Part shown: positions 52,548 to 64,000 of the stretch, in pieces
Numbering within the stretch: position 1 is the first letter of the stretch
How the letters are laid out: each line of letters begins with the position of its first letter
Assembly: GCF_036321535.1 (NCBI RefSeq)
Contig: NC_087437.1
Coordinates: 97,528,001-97,592,000 of the forward strand
DNA length: 64,000 nucleotides
Source: Camelus dromedarius
Lineage: Eukaryota
Direction: 5' to 3'
The notes under the pieces: generated by a model
What the model saw: the letters and a program-made list of their open reading frames with translations, nothing else
Told to the model about the DNA's origin: nothing
Database searches by the model: none
Made by a program: the position numbers and the translations under genes

Positions 52548-55500
52548 GAATTTTTCTTGTCCAGACGGTGGTATAGGAAGACTCTGAACTCACCTCCTCC
52601 CACAGACACACCAAATTTACACTTACCCACAAAGCAATCCCTCCTGAAGAAGAACTGAGGGCTAATTGAACAGCTTCTGCATAACAAATGATAAAGGGAC
52701 CCCAAAAAGACAAGTAGGAGGATGAAGACATGGAATTGTTGGGAACTCCATCCTCAGTGCAATGACCTAAAGTAGGGAGAGATATCACTTAAGGACCCAT
52801 GGGCAGTCTTAACCATCCAGGGTCAGAGCGAAATAAATAGTGGTTTCAAGGACATCTAGACTGCATGTGAAAGAAATCCATTTACCAATCCTAGATCATC
52901 TGCCAAGTGGATGAGGAATTACCGGAACTCTCCAGTGTCAGAGGGCCAATTCTGTATTCCTTCTCTACTTTGATAGTGTGGGCAAGAACACATATCAGCA
53001 CTCTAGCTGGCCTGTCAAGGCTGCCCCAATATACCCCCAGGCCCCTGGTCCACACCAGCTACAGCCATCCCCACAAGGTAGTCCTGGCATAGAACATCCT
53101 GGGAACTCCTGGCCTGTGTCCACTCCAACTCCAGCCAACCCACCAGGGAAGCTCCAGTAAGGTGCACTCTGGGATCCACTAGTCCACACCTACTCTATCT
53201 CCATCTATCTGGAGTCTATACAAGGGACTCTCCTACACAAGGCAATGCCTTCAAGACTGGAAGAAGTAGCTGTTTCACCTAATTTATAGACACAAACACA
53301 GAAAATCAAAAAAAAAAAATGATGAGACAGAAGTATGTTCCAAGTGGAAGAACAAGATTAAACCTGGATTGGTAGGGAGGACTTCTAATGAAATGAAATG
53401 AGTAATTTACCTGATACAAAGTTTAAAGTAATTGTCATAAAAATGCTCACCAAACTTGGGAAAAGAATATAGGAACACAGTGAGAACTTCAACTTAGACT
53501 TAAAAATATAAGAAGAATCATTCAGAGCTGAAAAACACAATAATTGAAATGAAAAATACACTAGAGGAAATTGTCAGCAGATTAGAAGATAGAGAAGAAT
53601 GAATTAGCAATCTGGAAGACAGAATAGTAGAAATAACCCAATTAGAATGGCAAAAAGAAAAAAAACTAAGAATAAAAATTGATCATCTCAATAGATGCAG
53701 AAAAAGCACTTGACAAAATTCAACACTGATTTAAGATAAAAACTCTCAGCAAAGTGGTTTAGAGGGAACATACTGCAACATAATAAAGAGTACATATGAC
53801 AAACCCACAGCCAACATCATACTCAATGGTGATAAACCTGAAAGCTGTTACTCTAAGATCAGGAACAAGACATGGATGCCCAGACTTACTACTTCTATTG
53901 ATTACAGTCCAAGTCACAGCAATCAGACAAGAAAAAGAAATAAAAGGCATCAAAATTGGAAAGGAAGAAATGAAACTGTCACTATTTGCAAATTAGATGA
54001 TACTATATATAGAAAACCCTAATGATGCCACCAAAAAACTATTAGAATAAATGAATTCAGTAAAGTTACAGGATATAAAATTGATATACAGATATCTGCT
54101 GCATTTCCATACACTAATAGCAAAACATCAGAAAGAGAAATTAAGAAAACAATCCCATTTTCAATTGAATCAAACATTTAAAAAATTACCTAGAAATAAA
54201 TTTAACCAAAGGGATGAAAGAGCTTTACTCTGAAAACTATCATACATTGATGAAAGAAACTGAAGATGACACAAATAAATGAAAAGATATACTATGCTCA
54301 CAGACTGGAAGAATTCATAATGTTAAAATATCCATACTTTGACGATACAAATCAATCTACAGATTCAAAGCAATCCCTTTAAAAATTCCAGAGGCATTTT
54401 TCACAGAACTAGAATAAATAATCCTAAAATTTGTATGGAACTGCATAAGACCTTGAAAGGCAAAAGCAATTTTAAGAAAGAAGAACAAAGCTGGAGGTAT
54501 CACATTCCCCAATTTCAAACTATACTACATGGTATAGTAGTCAAACAATAAGATACTGGCACAAAAGAGACCCATAGATCAATGGAATGTAATAGAGAGC
54601 CCAAAAATGAACCCACACTTATATAACAAATTGATCTATGACACAGAAGGCAAGAATATACAATGGGGAAAAGAAAGCTTCTTCAATAGGTAGTGTTGGG
54701 AAAACTGGACAGCTACATGCAATAGAATAAAACTAGACCACTTTCTTACACCATACACAAAAATAAACTCAAAATGCATGTAAAATTACCTGAAACCATA
54801 AGACTCCTAGAAGGAAATATAGACAGTAAGCTCTGACATCTATCTTAGCAACATTATTTTTTTACATTTTGTCTCCTCAGGCAAGAATAACAAAAGCAAA
54901 AATGAATAAATGGGATTACATCAAATTAAAAAGCTTTTGTATGATGAAAGAAATAATCAGTAAAATTAAAGGCAACCTATAAAATGGGAGAAGATATTTG
55001 TAAATATGTCTGATAAGGGGTTAATATAAAAATATACAAATAACACATACTACTCAATATCAAAAGAAAACAAGCAGTCCAGTTTAAAAATGGGCAGAGG
55101 ATCTGAATAGACATTTTCCCAAAGAAGACATACAGATGATCAACAGGCATATAAAAAAATGTTCAACATCACTAGCCATCAGGTAAATGCTAATCAAAAC
55201 CACAATGAGATAACATCTCACACATGTAAGAATGATGACTATCAAAAAGACAAATAATAACGAGTGTTGGATAAGATGTTCAGAAAAGGGAACCCTCATA
55301 CAATGTTGATAGAAATGTAAATTGGTGCAGTCAGTATGGAAAACAGTATGAAGTTTCCTCCAAAAGCTAAAAATTGAACTACCATAAAGATACAGCAATT
55401 CTACTTTTGGGTATTCACCCAAAGAACATGAAAACATTAAGTCAAAAAGATATTTGCACCCCAATGTTCACTGCAGCATTATTTACAATACCCAAGATAA

Positions 55501-56044
55501 GGAAGCACTTTCAATACCCATCGAAAACTGAATGAATAAAGATTAAGTGGCATATGCACAATATAATATTACTCAGACACAAAAAGATTAAAAGCTTGCC
55601 ATTTACAACAACATGGATAGACTCAGAGGGTATTATGATAGTGAAGTAAGTCAAACAGAGAAAGAAAATATCATACGGTTTGACTCATGTATGGAATTTG
55701 AAAAACAAAACAAATGAACAAACACAACAAAACAGAAACAGACTCATAGATACAGGGAACAAATGGGTGATTGCCAGAAAGGAGGAGGGTGGGAGAATGG
55801 GAGAAATAGGTGAAAAGGGTTGATAGGTACAAACTTCCAGTCATCAAATAAATAAGTCACAGGGATGTAAAGTACAGCATAGGGAATATAGCCAACAACA
55901 TTTTCCTATCTTTGTATAATTACTTACCATGGTGATCATTTCATAATGTATAAAAATATCAAATCATTATGTTGTACACCCGAAACTAATATAATATTGT
56001 AAGTCAATTATATAGTTCAATTTAAAAAGTATAAGATAAAAAAT
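52548..56044 (+). mobile_element. LINE-1 (L1MA9/L1_Art-like) with 5'UTR, ORF1 N-terminus, internal deletion, ORF2 RT/C-terminus and 3'UTR; inactive
   Basis: 5'UTR-like ggaagactctgaactcacctcctcccacagacacacc. ORF1 coiled-coil region about 53320-53665. RT region from 53680 (IISIDAEKA). Catalytic FADD decayed to FAN* at 53985-53996. TSD aaaaattag(c/g)tgtaatgg at 52530-52547 and 56045-56062, at a TT/AAAA site. Confidence 0.93.
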
Positions 56045-56734
56045 AAAAATTAGGTGTAATGGATATATACATTCCCAGTATCATTTAGAGCAAATATATT
56101 GATCAGGCCTAATTATATGATGTTCTATATTAACACATAGAGAACTAAGTTAAGATGGCAAATAGTGGACAAATAAAGAGATGACATAATTAGGTCATAA
56201 TTAATTCAATATTTCACTTCTATGATTTCTTGAATGAAATATGAAGGGAGAGCGCTGTGCAAGAAATAGTGATATGAAGGATGCATTATTAGCTTAATAA
56301 TACAAAGAACTTGGAAATTTGGCAAGGATCATGTGGCATGTAAAGTAATGATGGATCATATATAGCAAAATATAATATCCTGTACTTTGGGAGGAAAAAA
56401 TAAAATGTTAAGAAAAAATTTTACAGTGTATAATATTAGACAATGGGTAAAGTTATACTCAAATTACTATAAATGGTTTAAAATACTACATGTGCTATAT
56501 TAAAGATACAGAAAATGCTGAATCAGTGGATTTGTGAAGATATGTCAGTCACTAATATTTACTGTAAAAAATGTTGAAGAAGGTTTCAGAGTGCTGACAT
56601 TCTTAAAATTAACAAGAACGAAATAAGGCACAATCAAATGTAGAGTTTGAATAAATGGAGCAAAAGGTCTAGCTCAGGGAAAAACTGCTTTGGCAACACT
56701 CCAGGTTAATCTTGGTGTGGATGCTTTGTGTTAA

Positions 56735-56874
56735 CTGGGTTAGTTTCATGGATAGTCACAAAGGGCCCTGGGATTAGAAAAGCCCTGCTCCGGGTTAAAT
56801 TTTCTGGTGTTGCTGCCTTGATATTCTTAATATTTTTAAACAAAGGGCTCCATATTGTCATGTAGCAGGTCCTG
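56735..56874 (+). mobile_element. MER45A-like hAT-Tip100 MITE (internally shortened)
   Basis: ttcatgg..agtcacaaagggccc..gttgctgccttgatattcttaatatttttaaacaaagggctcc..atgtagcaggtcctg. Confidence 0.8.
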
Positions 56875-58734
56875 GGCATTGAGATCATTATAATGAAAAA
56901 AGCAACCTTTAAATAAATAGTAATGGTAAACAAAGCCACATAGGCTCTGTCAAATTTCACCTTGGTAAAAGGTTTGAGTTGAGAAGAAATTTGAAAAAAA
57001 AAAAAAAATGAGGAAAGATAAGGGGTTTGCTGGCCAATCAGTGGACCACATGGAGCTTGTTTGTTGCTGGATATGATGAATGCCCATCATTTCGTCTCAT
57101 TGCCACAATGTAGATTACTGTAATAAGCCAAGAGTTTAAGAATCTCCATTTCCAAATATATCCTGCCTACCATCATTACTTAATGACAAGAATCCCAATA
57201 GGAAGCAAAGTAGGGTAGTCAACAGGCAAAAGAGAGCTCTGACCTGGAATTTTGAAAGTTAGAAAGGATTTAGCTAAGGGATTAGTGCTATGAATTCATT
57301 ATCTGCCAGTATGAATCTTTTCTTTTATAACCTTAGAGAAAAACAAAGGACAGAAAAAAATGGATGTCTATTTTATTTTGTGATTTAGTTTAAAGCATAA
57401 ATAAAACTCCCATCTCAACCCCCCCATAGTGATTTCCCAGCCTGGTGGTGTTCCTTAAACTCAAAAGAATCCAATTATTTATTTCCATTTTAGCAATGGA
57501 ATACAACAAGGATAATCTATTTTATAATATTTTATGAGGAAAAAAATGCTAGTTACATAACCACAGATAAAATAGTATTAAATTGAGCATTAATGCACCT
57601 TATCTCAATCTGGCCTGAAGTTAAAAAAATCAGCCACCTTTAGGGAAAATTTCTTTGTAAATATTTTCAGAAAGTTTTGGTTGTTCCCAGTGTTTTACCA
57701 TATTATTCTGGAGCCAGAACCCAACAAATACATGGACAAACTAACAGACATGGTGACCTAGACCAAACTCTTTACTTCTCAAACTCTAACATCTATAATC
57801 CTGTTAACCTTTAAATGGAATTTTCAGGCCCTTGCATGACAGAGAGAGACTAAGGTATTAGAAATACACTATACAAGCTTGCTTAATTTCTTAATGGATT
57901 TCAACAATGATTTTTAGAAAAATAAGTTATTTTAGAAATTCTGTAGTGATGAACTATTGACAGTTTTCTTATCTTGAGAAATCAATTATTTATTTCAAGA
58001 GTGAAAAAGAAAGACATACTAACTAAAAAGTTAACATTTGATCTGTGTCAGCATGGCAAAATTACTACCATATAAACTGTTCATATGTAAAACTGTCACA
58101 AATATCAAAATGTATGTTATACATTCTTAGCACATATTTCTACAACTTCTCATATGTTAATCCATTTCCCTCTGATATCTCTGAATTTAGTAAGTTGCCT
58201 TCAAATTTCATTTTGGTATTGACATTATTCATAATGTTAACACACTCAAGCAAAGCTGAAGTGGGAGCAGAAAAGTGTGAGGAACAAATCTTCCCCAGAT
58301 GTATTCAGACTTATCATCAACCTGATCTCTGAAAACTTGCAAGCCCTGGAGAGTTACTGATTGTTTAATAGCTAGTGTTATTTTTTTTCCACTTTAGATT
58401 ATAAAATAGTTTAATATCCAGTGGCAGTTATTGACATACTAGTTATTATAAGATGTATTTGAGAAGTAAGATCGTTTTATTGAGTTAACCAATTCCTGGA
58501 AATGTCCATCATATATAGGGGTCTTTTAGTTATACAATACAATAGTTCATAGAAAACTAGACTCAAAAGAGCTTCATTAAAGTTAAAAAATATGTTAGGA
58601 TGTAATGTAATGTCAGCTCTATAAAACAAAGCCAAGAGAAAGCAGCCTTAGACATTTGATGTATAAAAATATCCATCATAAGAATTCAAAATCATGTTAC
58701 AAATAATTTTTATAATACTGTATGTTAAAAATTT

Positions 58735-61502
58735 ACCTGGCGTAACAAATCAAGTCTCCGCAGATTTTAAAAGATATGTATCATATAAAATATCTTCTCT
58801 CACCAAGACAGGATAAAGTTAGAAATCAATAATGCAAAGAAATTTGTGGAAATTAAACAACACACTCAAACAACCAATGGCTCACAGAAGAAATCACAGG
58901 GATGTTAGAAACTACTTAGAGACTAATGAAAATGAAAACATAACCTACCAAAACTTACAGGACACAATACAGTGTTACAGAGGGAATTTATAGCTTTAAA
59001 TGCTTATATTAAAAAGAAAGAAAGCTCTCCAGTCAACAATCTTTATAACTTAAGGAACAAGAGAAAGAAACTAAACTGAAAGCTTGTTGAAAGGAGGAAA
59101 TCATGAAGATTAGAGTGGAGACAAAATAGAAAACAGAAAAACATTAGAGTCAATTAATACAACCAAAAGTTAGTTTTTTTAAAAAGATCAACAAAATTAG
59201 CAAACTTTAGCTAGATTAACTAAGAAAAAAAAAGATAGAAGACTCAAATTATTGAAATCAGGAATGAGAATAGGGATACTACTGCCCATTATTCAGAAAT
59301 GAAAAGAATTATAAGACAGTACTAAGAATAACTGCATATCAACAAATTGGATAACCTAGATGAAACAGACAAATTCCTAGAAATATAAAGCCTACAAAGA
59401 CTAAACCATGAAGAGATAGAAACTCTGAATTGACATATAACTAGTAACTAGATTAAATCAGTAATCAAAATTCTCTCAGCAAAAAAAAAAAAAAAGGTCT
59501 GTATCTGATGGTTTCACTATTGAATTCTACCAAACATTTAAAGAAGAACTAGTAACAATCTTTCTCAGACTTTTCAAAAAAAATTAGAGCGGACGGAACA
59601 TTCCCTAATTCATTCTGTGAGATCAGCATTACTAGCATACGAAAGCCAGACAAACACACTATAAGAAAACTACAGACCAATATCCCTTATGAACACTGAT
59701 GCAAATACCCTCAACAAAATATAGTAAAATGAATTTAGCAGCTTACTAAAATGGCCAAGTGGGATTTATTCTGGAAATGTAAGGATGGTTCAACATACAC
59801 AAATTGTTCAATGTAGTAAACACATTAGCAGAATAAAGCAAAAAACAATCATCTCAACTGATGAAGAAAATACATTAGTCAAAAGTCACTATCCTTTAGT
59901 GATAAAAATCACTCAGAGTAGGAATAGAAGACAACTACCTCAATATAATAAAAGCAATATATGAAAAATCCACAACAAATATCATTATCAATGATGAAAG
60001 ACTAAAAGCTTCTCCTCCAAGATCAGGAACAGGGCAAGGATACCTATTATTCAACATTTCTGTTCAACTAAGTTGAATAACCAGAGCAATTAGGCAAGAA
60101 AAAGTAAAATGTATCCAAATCAGAAAGAAAGAAGTAAAAATTATCCCTTTTGTAGATGATGTGATCTTTCTTATAGAAAACCCTAAAGATCTACATGAAG
60201 AAATTTTATAACTAGTAAATTCTTTCAGCAAAATCAATACACAAAAATCTATTACATTTCTCTACACTAACAATAAACATTCTGAAAAGGCAATTGTAAG
60301 AAAAATTCCATCTTAAATAGCATCAAAAAGAATAAAATACTTAGGGAATTAATCAAGAAAGTGAAAGATTTGTACAATGAAAACTACAAAACATTAACAA
60401 ATCAAAGAATTTTAGGAAAAATGTAAACACATAAAGTAATTAAAGACATAAATAGAAAGAAATTAAAGACATAATTAAACAGACTTCCCATGTTCAATGT
60501 AAATACTATCCAAAGTGATTTACAGATTCAATTCAATCCCTACCAAAAAATCAATGAAACATTTTGCAGAAATAGACAACTATTTTAAAATTCATACGAA
60601 GTCTCAAAAGGACTCTACGTAGACAAAATAATCTTGATAAAGAATAACAAAGCCAATTGATTTACACTTCTTGATTTCAAAATTTACCACAAAGCTCCAG
60701 TGTGGTAGTGGCTAAAAACAGAAATATCCACAAACACAATAGAAGTAAGGATTCAGAAATAAGCTCTCTCATATTCAAATGATTTTCCACAAGGAAGCCA
60801 AGACAACTCAACAGGGAAAGGACAGTCTTTTCAACAAATCATGCTGGGAAAATTAGGTATCACCATGGAAAAGAATAAAGTTAAACACTTACCTAATACC
60901 ATATACAAAAATTAACTCAAAATGGATCACAGACCTAAAATAAGACCTAAAACTACAAAATTCTCGGAAAACATGGAGCAAAAGCTTTATGATATTGGAT
61001 TTGCAAATATTTCTTAGGTACGACACCAAAAGTAAAAGGCAACAAAAGAAAAAGTAACAAATTGAACTTTACAAAAATTAATTTTTTCTTTAAATTAAAA
61101 ACATCTCTTACCGAATACATCTCTTAGACTCCTAGACATATACCCTGAGGCATGTACACCAAACAATATGTACAATGAAATAATACAATTTTATACAAAA
61201 TATGTGCATCAAAATACATTATCAATAGAGTAAAAAGACAACATACAGAATGAGAGAAATATTTGTAAATTATATATGTGACATAAGATTAATATCCAGA
61301 ATAGACAACATTTAAAACAACAGAAACAACAACAAACAACCTGATTCAAAAATGGGCAAAGAACTTGGATAGACATTTACTTAAAGAAGATGTACAAATA
61401 GATAATAAGCACATAAAAAATACACTCAACATGACTAATCAGCAGGAAAATGCAAATCAAAATACAATGAGATAATACATCACACCCATTAGGATAACCC
61501 AT

Positions 61503-61549
<47 letters not shown>

Positions 61550-62150
61550 AAAATAATAAGTGTTGCTGAGGATACTGAGAAATTTGAACCCTTGTGCATT
61601 GTCAGTGGGTATAAAAAATGCTACAGCTACTATGGAAACAATATTGCAGTTTCTCAAAAAATTAAAAGTAGACTTACCATATGATCAAGCAACTCCATTT
61701 CTAGGTATACATCCAAAAGAACAGCTAAAATGTGGAAGTTCAAATGTCCACTGAAGGATAGCTATGCAAAATATGGCATATACAAAGGAATATTACTTAG
61801 CATTAATAAGGAAGGAAATAATGACATATGCCACAACATGGAGGAAACTTGAAGACATTATACTAAGTGACATAAGCCAATCACAAAAAGAAAAACAAAG
61901 TATGATCCCACTTATATGATGTATCTAGAGTAGCCAAATCATAGAGACAGAAAGTAGAATGGTTGTTGCCAGGACCTGTGGGGATAGGTGCAAGGGGAGT
62001 TATTGCTTAATGAGTACAGAGTTCTAGTTCTGCAAGACGAAGAGTTCTAGAGACAAATAATACTGATGGTTGCATAACAATATGAATGTACTACTGACCT
62101 GTACAGTTAAAAATGGTTAAGATGGTTTATGTTAAGTGTATTTTACACAT
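58735..62150 (+). mobile_element. Ancient L1 (L1MB-like): ORF2 from the end of the endonuclease through the 3'UTR, many stops and frameshifts
   Basis: aactacagaccaatatccctt (NYRPISL), ggatggttcaac, tttgtagatgat (FVDD), caaaaatgggcaaag. 3'UTR gagttattgcttaatgagtacagagtt..ttaaaaatggttaagatgg. Confidence 0.92.
61507..61544. repeat. (CA)19 microsatellite inside L1
   Basis: Read directly. Confidence 0.95.
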
Positions 62151-62167
62151 AAGTGTATGCATATATA

Positions 62168-62199
<32 letters not shown>

Positions 62200-62687
62200 G
62201 CTTTAAATAGAGCTGGCATATAAAGAATTATGTAAAATTATCATTTTGGTCTCCATTTATTATTGCCTCTATTAGGCATTTTGGCCAGTCCAAAGTAAGA
62301 CCAAACTATAACAGAGTGAATAAGGGTATCTGTCAGGTGTCAGAAAGTCACAGAATTTACTGTTAAGACACAATACATAAGGAAAAACTTCCATGATTTA
62401 TTACATGATAAATAATTTTCAGAGCACTCTATGTATTATCCTATTATGTGAGTCAAGATGAAAATGACATATATTATGTGTATTTTATGTGATTGAAATA
62501 AAGATCTCCAAAGAAACACAAGGATTAGAGATCTTTGGTAGGAATGATGCTTATTTAAATAAACCTACATTATCCCGATGTTTCAAGTGTGTATCATGTT
62601 TTTAAATACATCAATACAATATATAAAATACACCACTAATTAAGGTGAAGTCATTGTAGACAACCAGATTATTCTAATTTCTTAGAA

Positions 62688-62975
62688 AAGCAGTATCTAT
62701 AGTGGTCAGACATAGACTTGGCAGATAGATTTCCTTGGTTGGAATCTCAGGTCTTGTATCATATACCAGCTGTGAATCTCAGGTCTTCTATCACATATCA
62801 GCTGTGCAAGTTGGCCAGTTAACTTTTCTCTGCCTCATAGATTTCTTGTGAGTTACATACATGTATAATACATGTATAATACATGTATAATACATGTATA
62901 ATACAAAAGTACACATGCACAAAACAGTTCATAGCATACAGCACACAAAAAATCTATTAGCTAATTTTAATTATT
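62688..62975 (+). mobile_element. MIR SINE carrying an internal 32-bp duplication and an 11-bp minisatellite
   Basis: gcagtatctatagtggtcaga..ggttggaatctcag..cagctgtg..ttaacttttctctgcctca..ttgtgag..tattagcta. Confidence 0.7.
62857..62905. repeat. 11-bp tandem repeat (ATACATGTATA) x4.5
   Basis: Four perfect units plus ATACA, read directly. Confidence 0.95.
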
Positions 62976-64000
62976 GTTATTACCCTACTGAGCTATATTA
63001 AATAAGATGAATTGTGTTCACCCCGAGTAAATGACTGCAGTATAAAATATATGTATAATACAAATTTATTTTAAAATAATTATGCTTCTCCTAAAGTACT
63101 GAGTATTAAAATACTCTCAGCTCTTTCTATCTAATGTTAAATATCAGCGTATCTTGAGATTCTAGTCTGTGTTATAGTCATTTTTCCAATCATGCTTCAA
63201 AAAACTCAAAGAAGAAATATTACACTGGGTTTCTTGCAACTAATAAAAAAAAGAAAGACGGGAATTTCAGTCTTTATTATTACAGAAACTAGAGTAAGAA
63301 AGAAACTAATTCAACTATTGGTTTAATGACTCCTTTCAAGCAAATGAGTTTCTAAATAGTGTATATATGGCTACTTAACAATGTAATTCATTCTGATTGG
63401 ATCCATAAATCTTGAAGGAATACATTGTGTCTATTCAACGTTATAAATTTTTGCAGTAGCCTTTACCAAAATGTGAGACTGCTCTAATTTTAACTTGCAG
63501 TGGTGTGTTAAAATAGCATTTTAGTCATTTCCATATAAAATGCTCAGATATTCCACTACTACAAAGGTTTAAAAATCACTAATATGTTTTAAAGAGTTCA
63601 TCAGATCCACCAAATCAATGATCAAAGGATCAGGCAGAGTTATTACGTCTAATCATAGTCGTCATGCCAAAAATAAGACAAATGAAACTTACTAGAGAAT
63701 AATTGATAATAGGTAATTAGTATTTCTGTTTTCTGGACTTCTAGCAAGTGAGTTTTAATGGTTTTTAGGTTACATCATTGCAACCTTCTTAGTATGCTTA
63801 AAGAACTGAAGTAAGTTATTTAATAAATAATTTAGCAGACTCCAAGATGTCTATCCCTGTGATGATAAGAATTTAGTTGCTTTCAAAAATTTATTTTGGA
63901 AATCTAGGGTGTGCATTAGTGAGATTGATCATGGTTTCAGTAGGACAAGAAAGCAGTTAATATTAAATTATCACATCTGGTTTATAGTGGAGCCAGCCCT

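Noticed and set aside
53759..55464. ORFs resembling a reverse transcriptase as an active or novel RT system
   Set aside because: They are frameshifted L1 ORF2 pieces or their antisense. The catalytic FADD reads FAN* at 53985-53996.
9047..62150. L1 orientation bias as evidence for a minus-strand host gene
   Set aside because: The long L1s are on the plus strand, but by count the fragments split 5 plus and 5 minus, which is uninformative.
62742..62905. Direct repeats as a CRISPR-like array
   Set aside because: The units are contiguous with no unique spacers, lie within a MIR, and the DNA is mammalian with no cas genes.
1..64000. Short ORFs in the six-frame track as genes
   Set aside because: All are 60-128 aa, many use non-ATG starts, have low-complexity composition or overlap repeats. 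None resembles a protein I recognise except L1 ORF2 fragments.

Overview
This is AT-rich mammalian nuclear DNA, intergenic or deep-intronic, and not prokaryotic. The lineage-specific LINE-1 3' ends (9047-10192, 39554-39650, 45551-46137) resemble camelid L1 (Camelus/Vicugna/Lama) as I recall it, and I saw no Alu, B1, SINEC, PRE or Bov SINEs, so a camelid origin is likely. I found no protein-coding gene, RNA gene or CRISPR array that I can support. The only ORFs with recognisable homology are decayed L1 ORF2 fragments. Much of the window is fossil transposons: L1, L2, MIR, MaLR/ERV LTRs, and hAT and Tigger MITEs. Family names come from remembered consensus sequences and need RepeatMasker/Dfam confirmation. 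I cannot support a novel biological system here. The best leads are: (1) a CpG/GC-enriched patch at about 14.6-15.7 kb where an ancient L1 fragment seems to have drifted towards G/C; (2) a chain of minus-strand splice signals at 26-32 kb that could be an unannotated lncRNA; (3) a TSD-bounded L1 with a large ORF1-to-RT internal deletion; (4) a MER41-like LTR nested in a MaLR LTR; (5) a few enhancer-like motif clusters.
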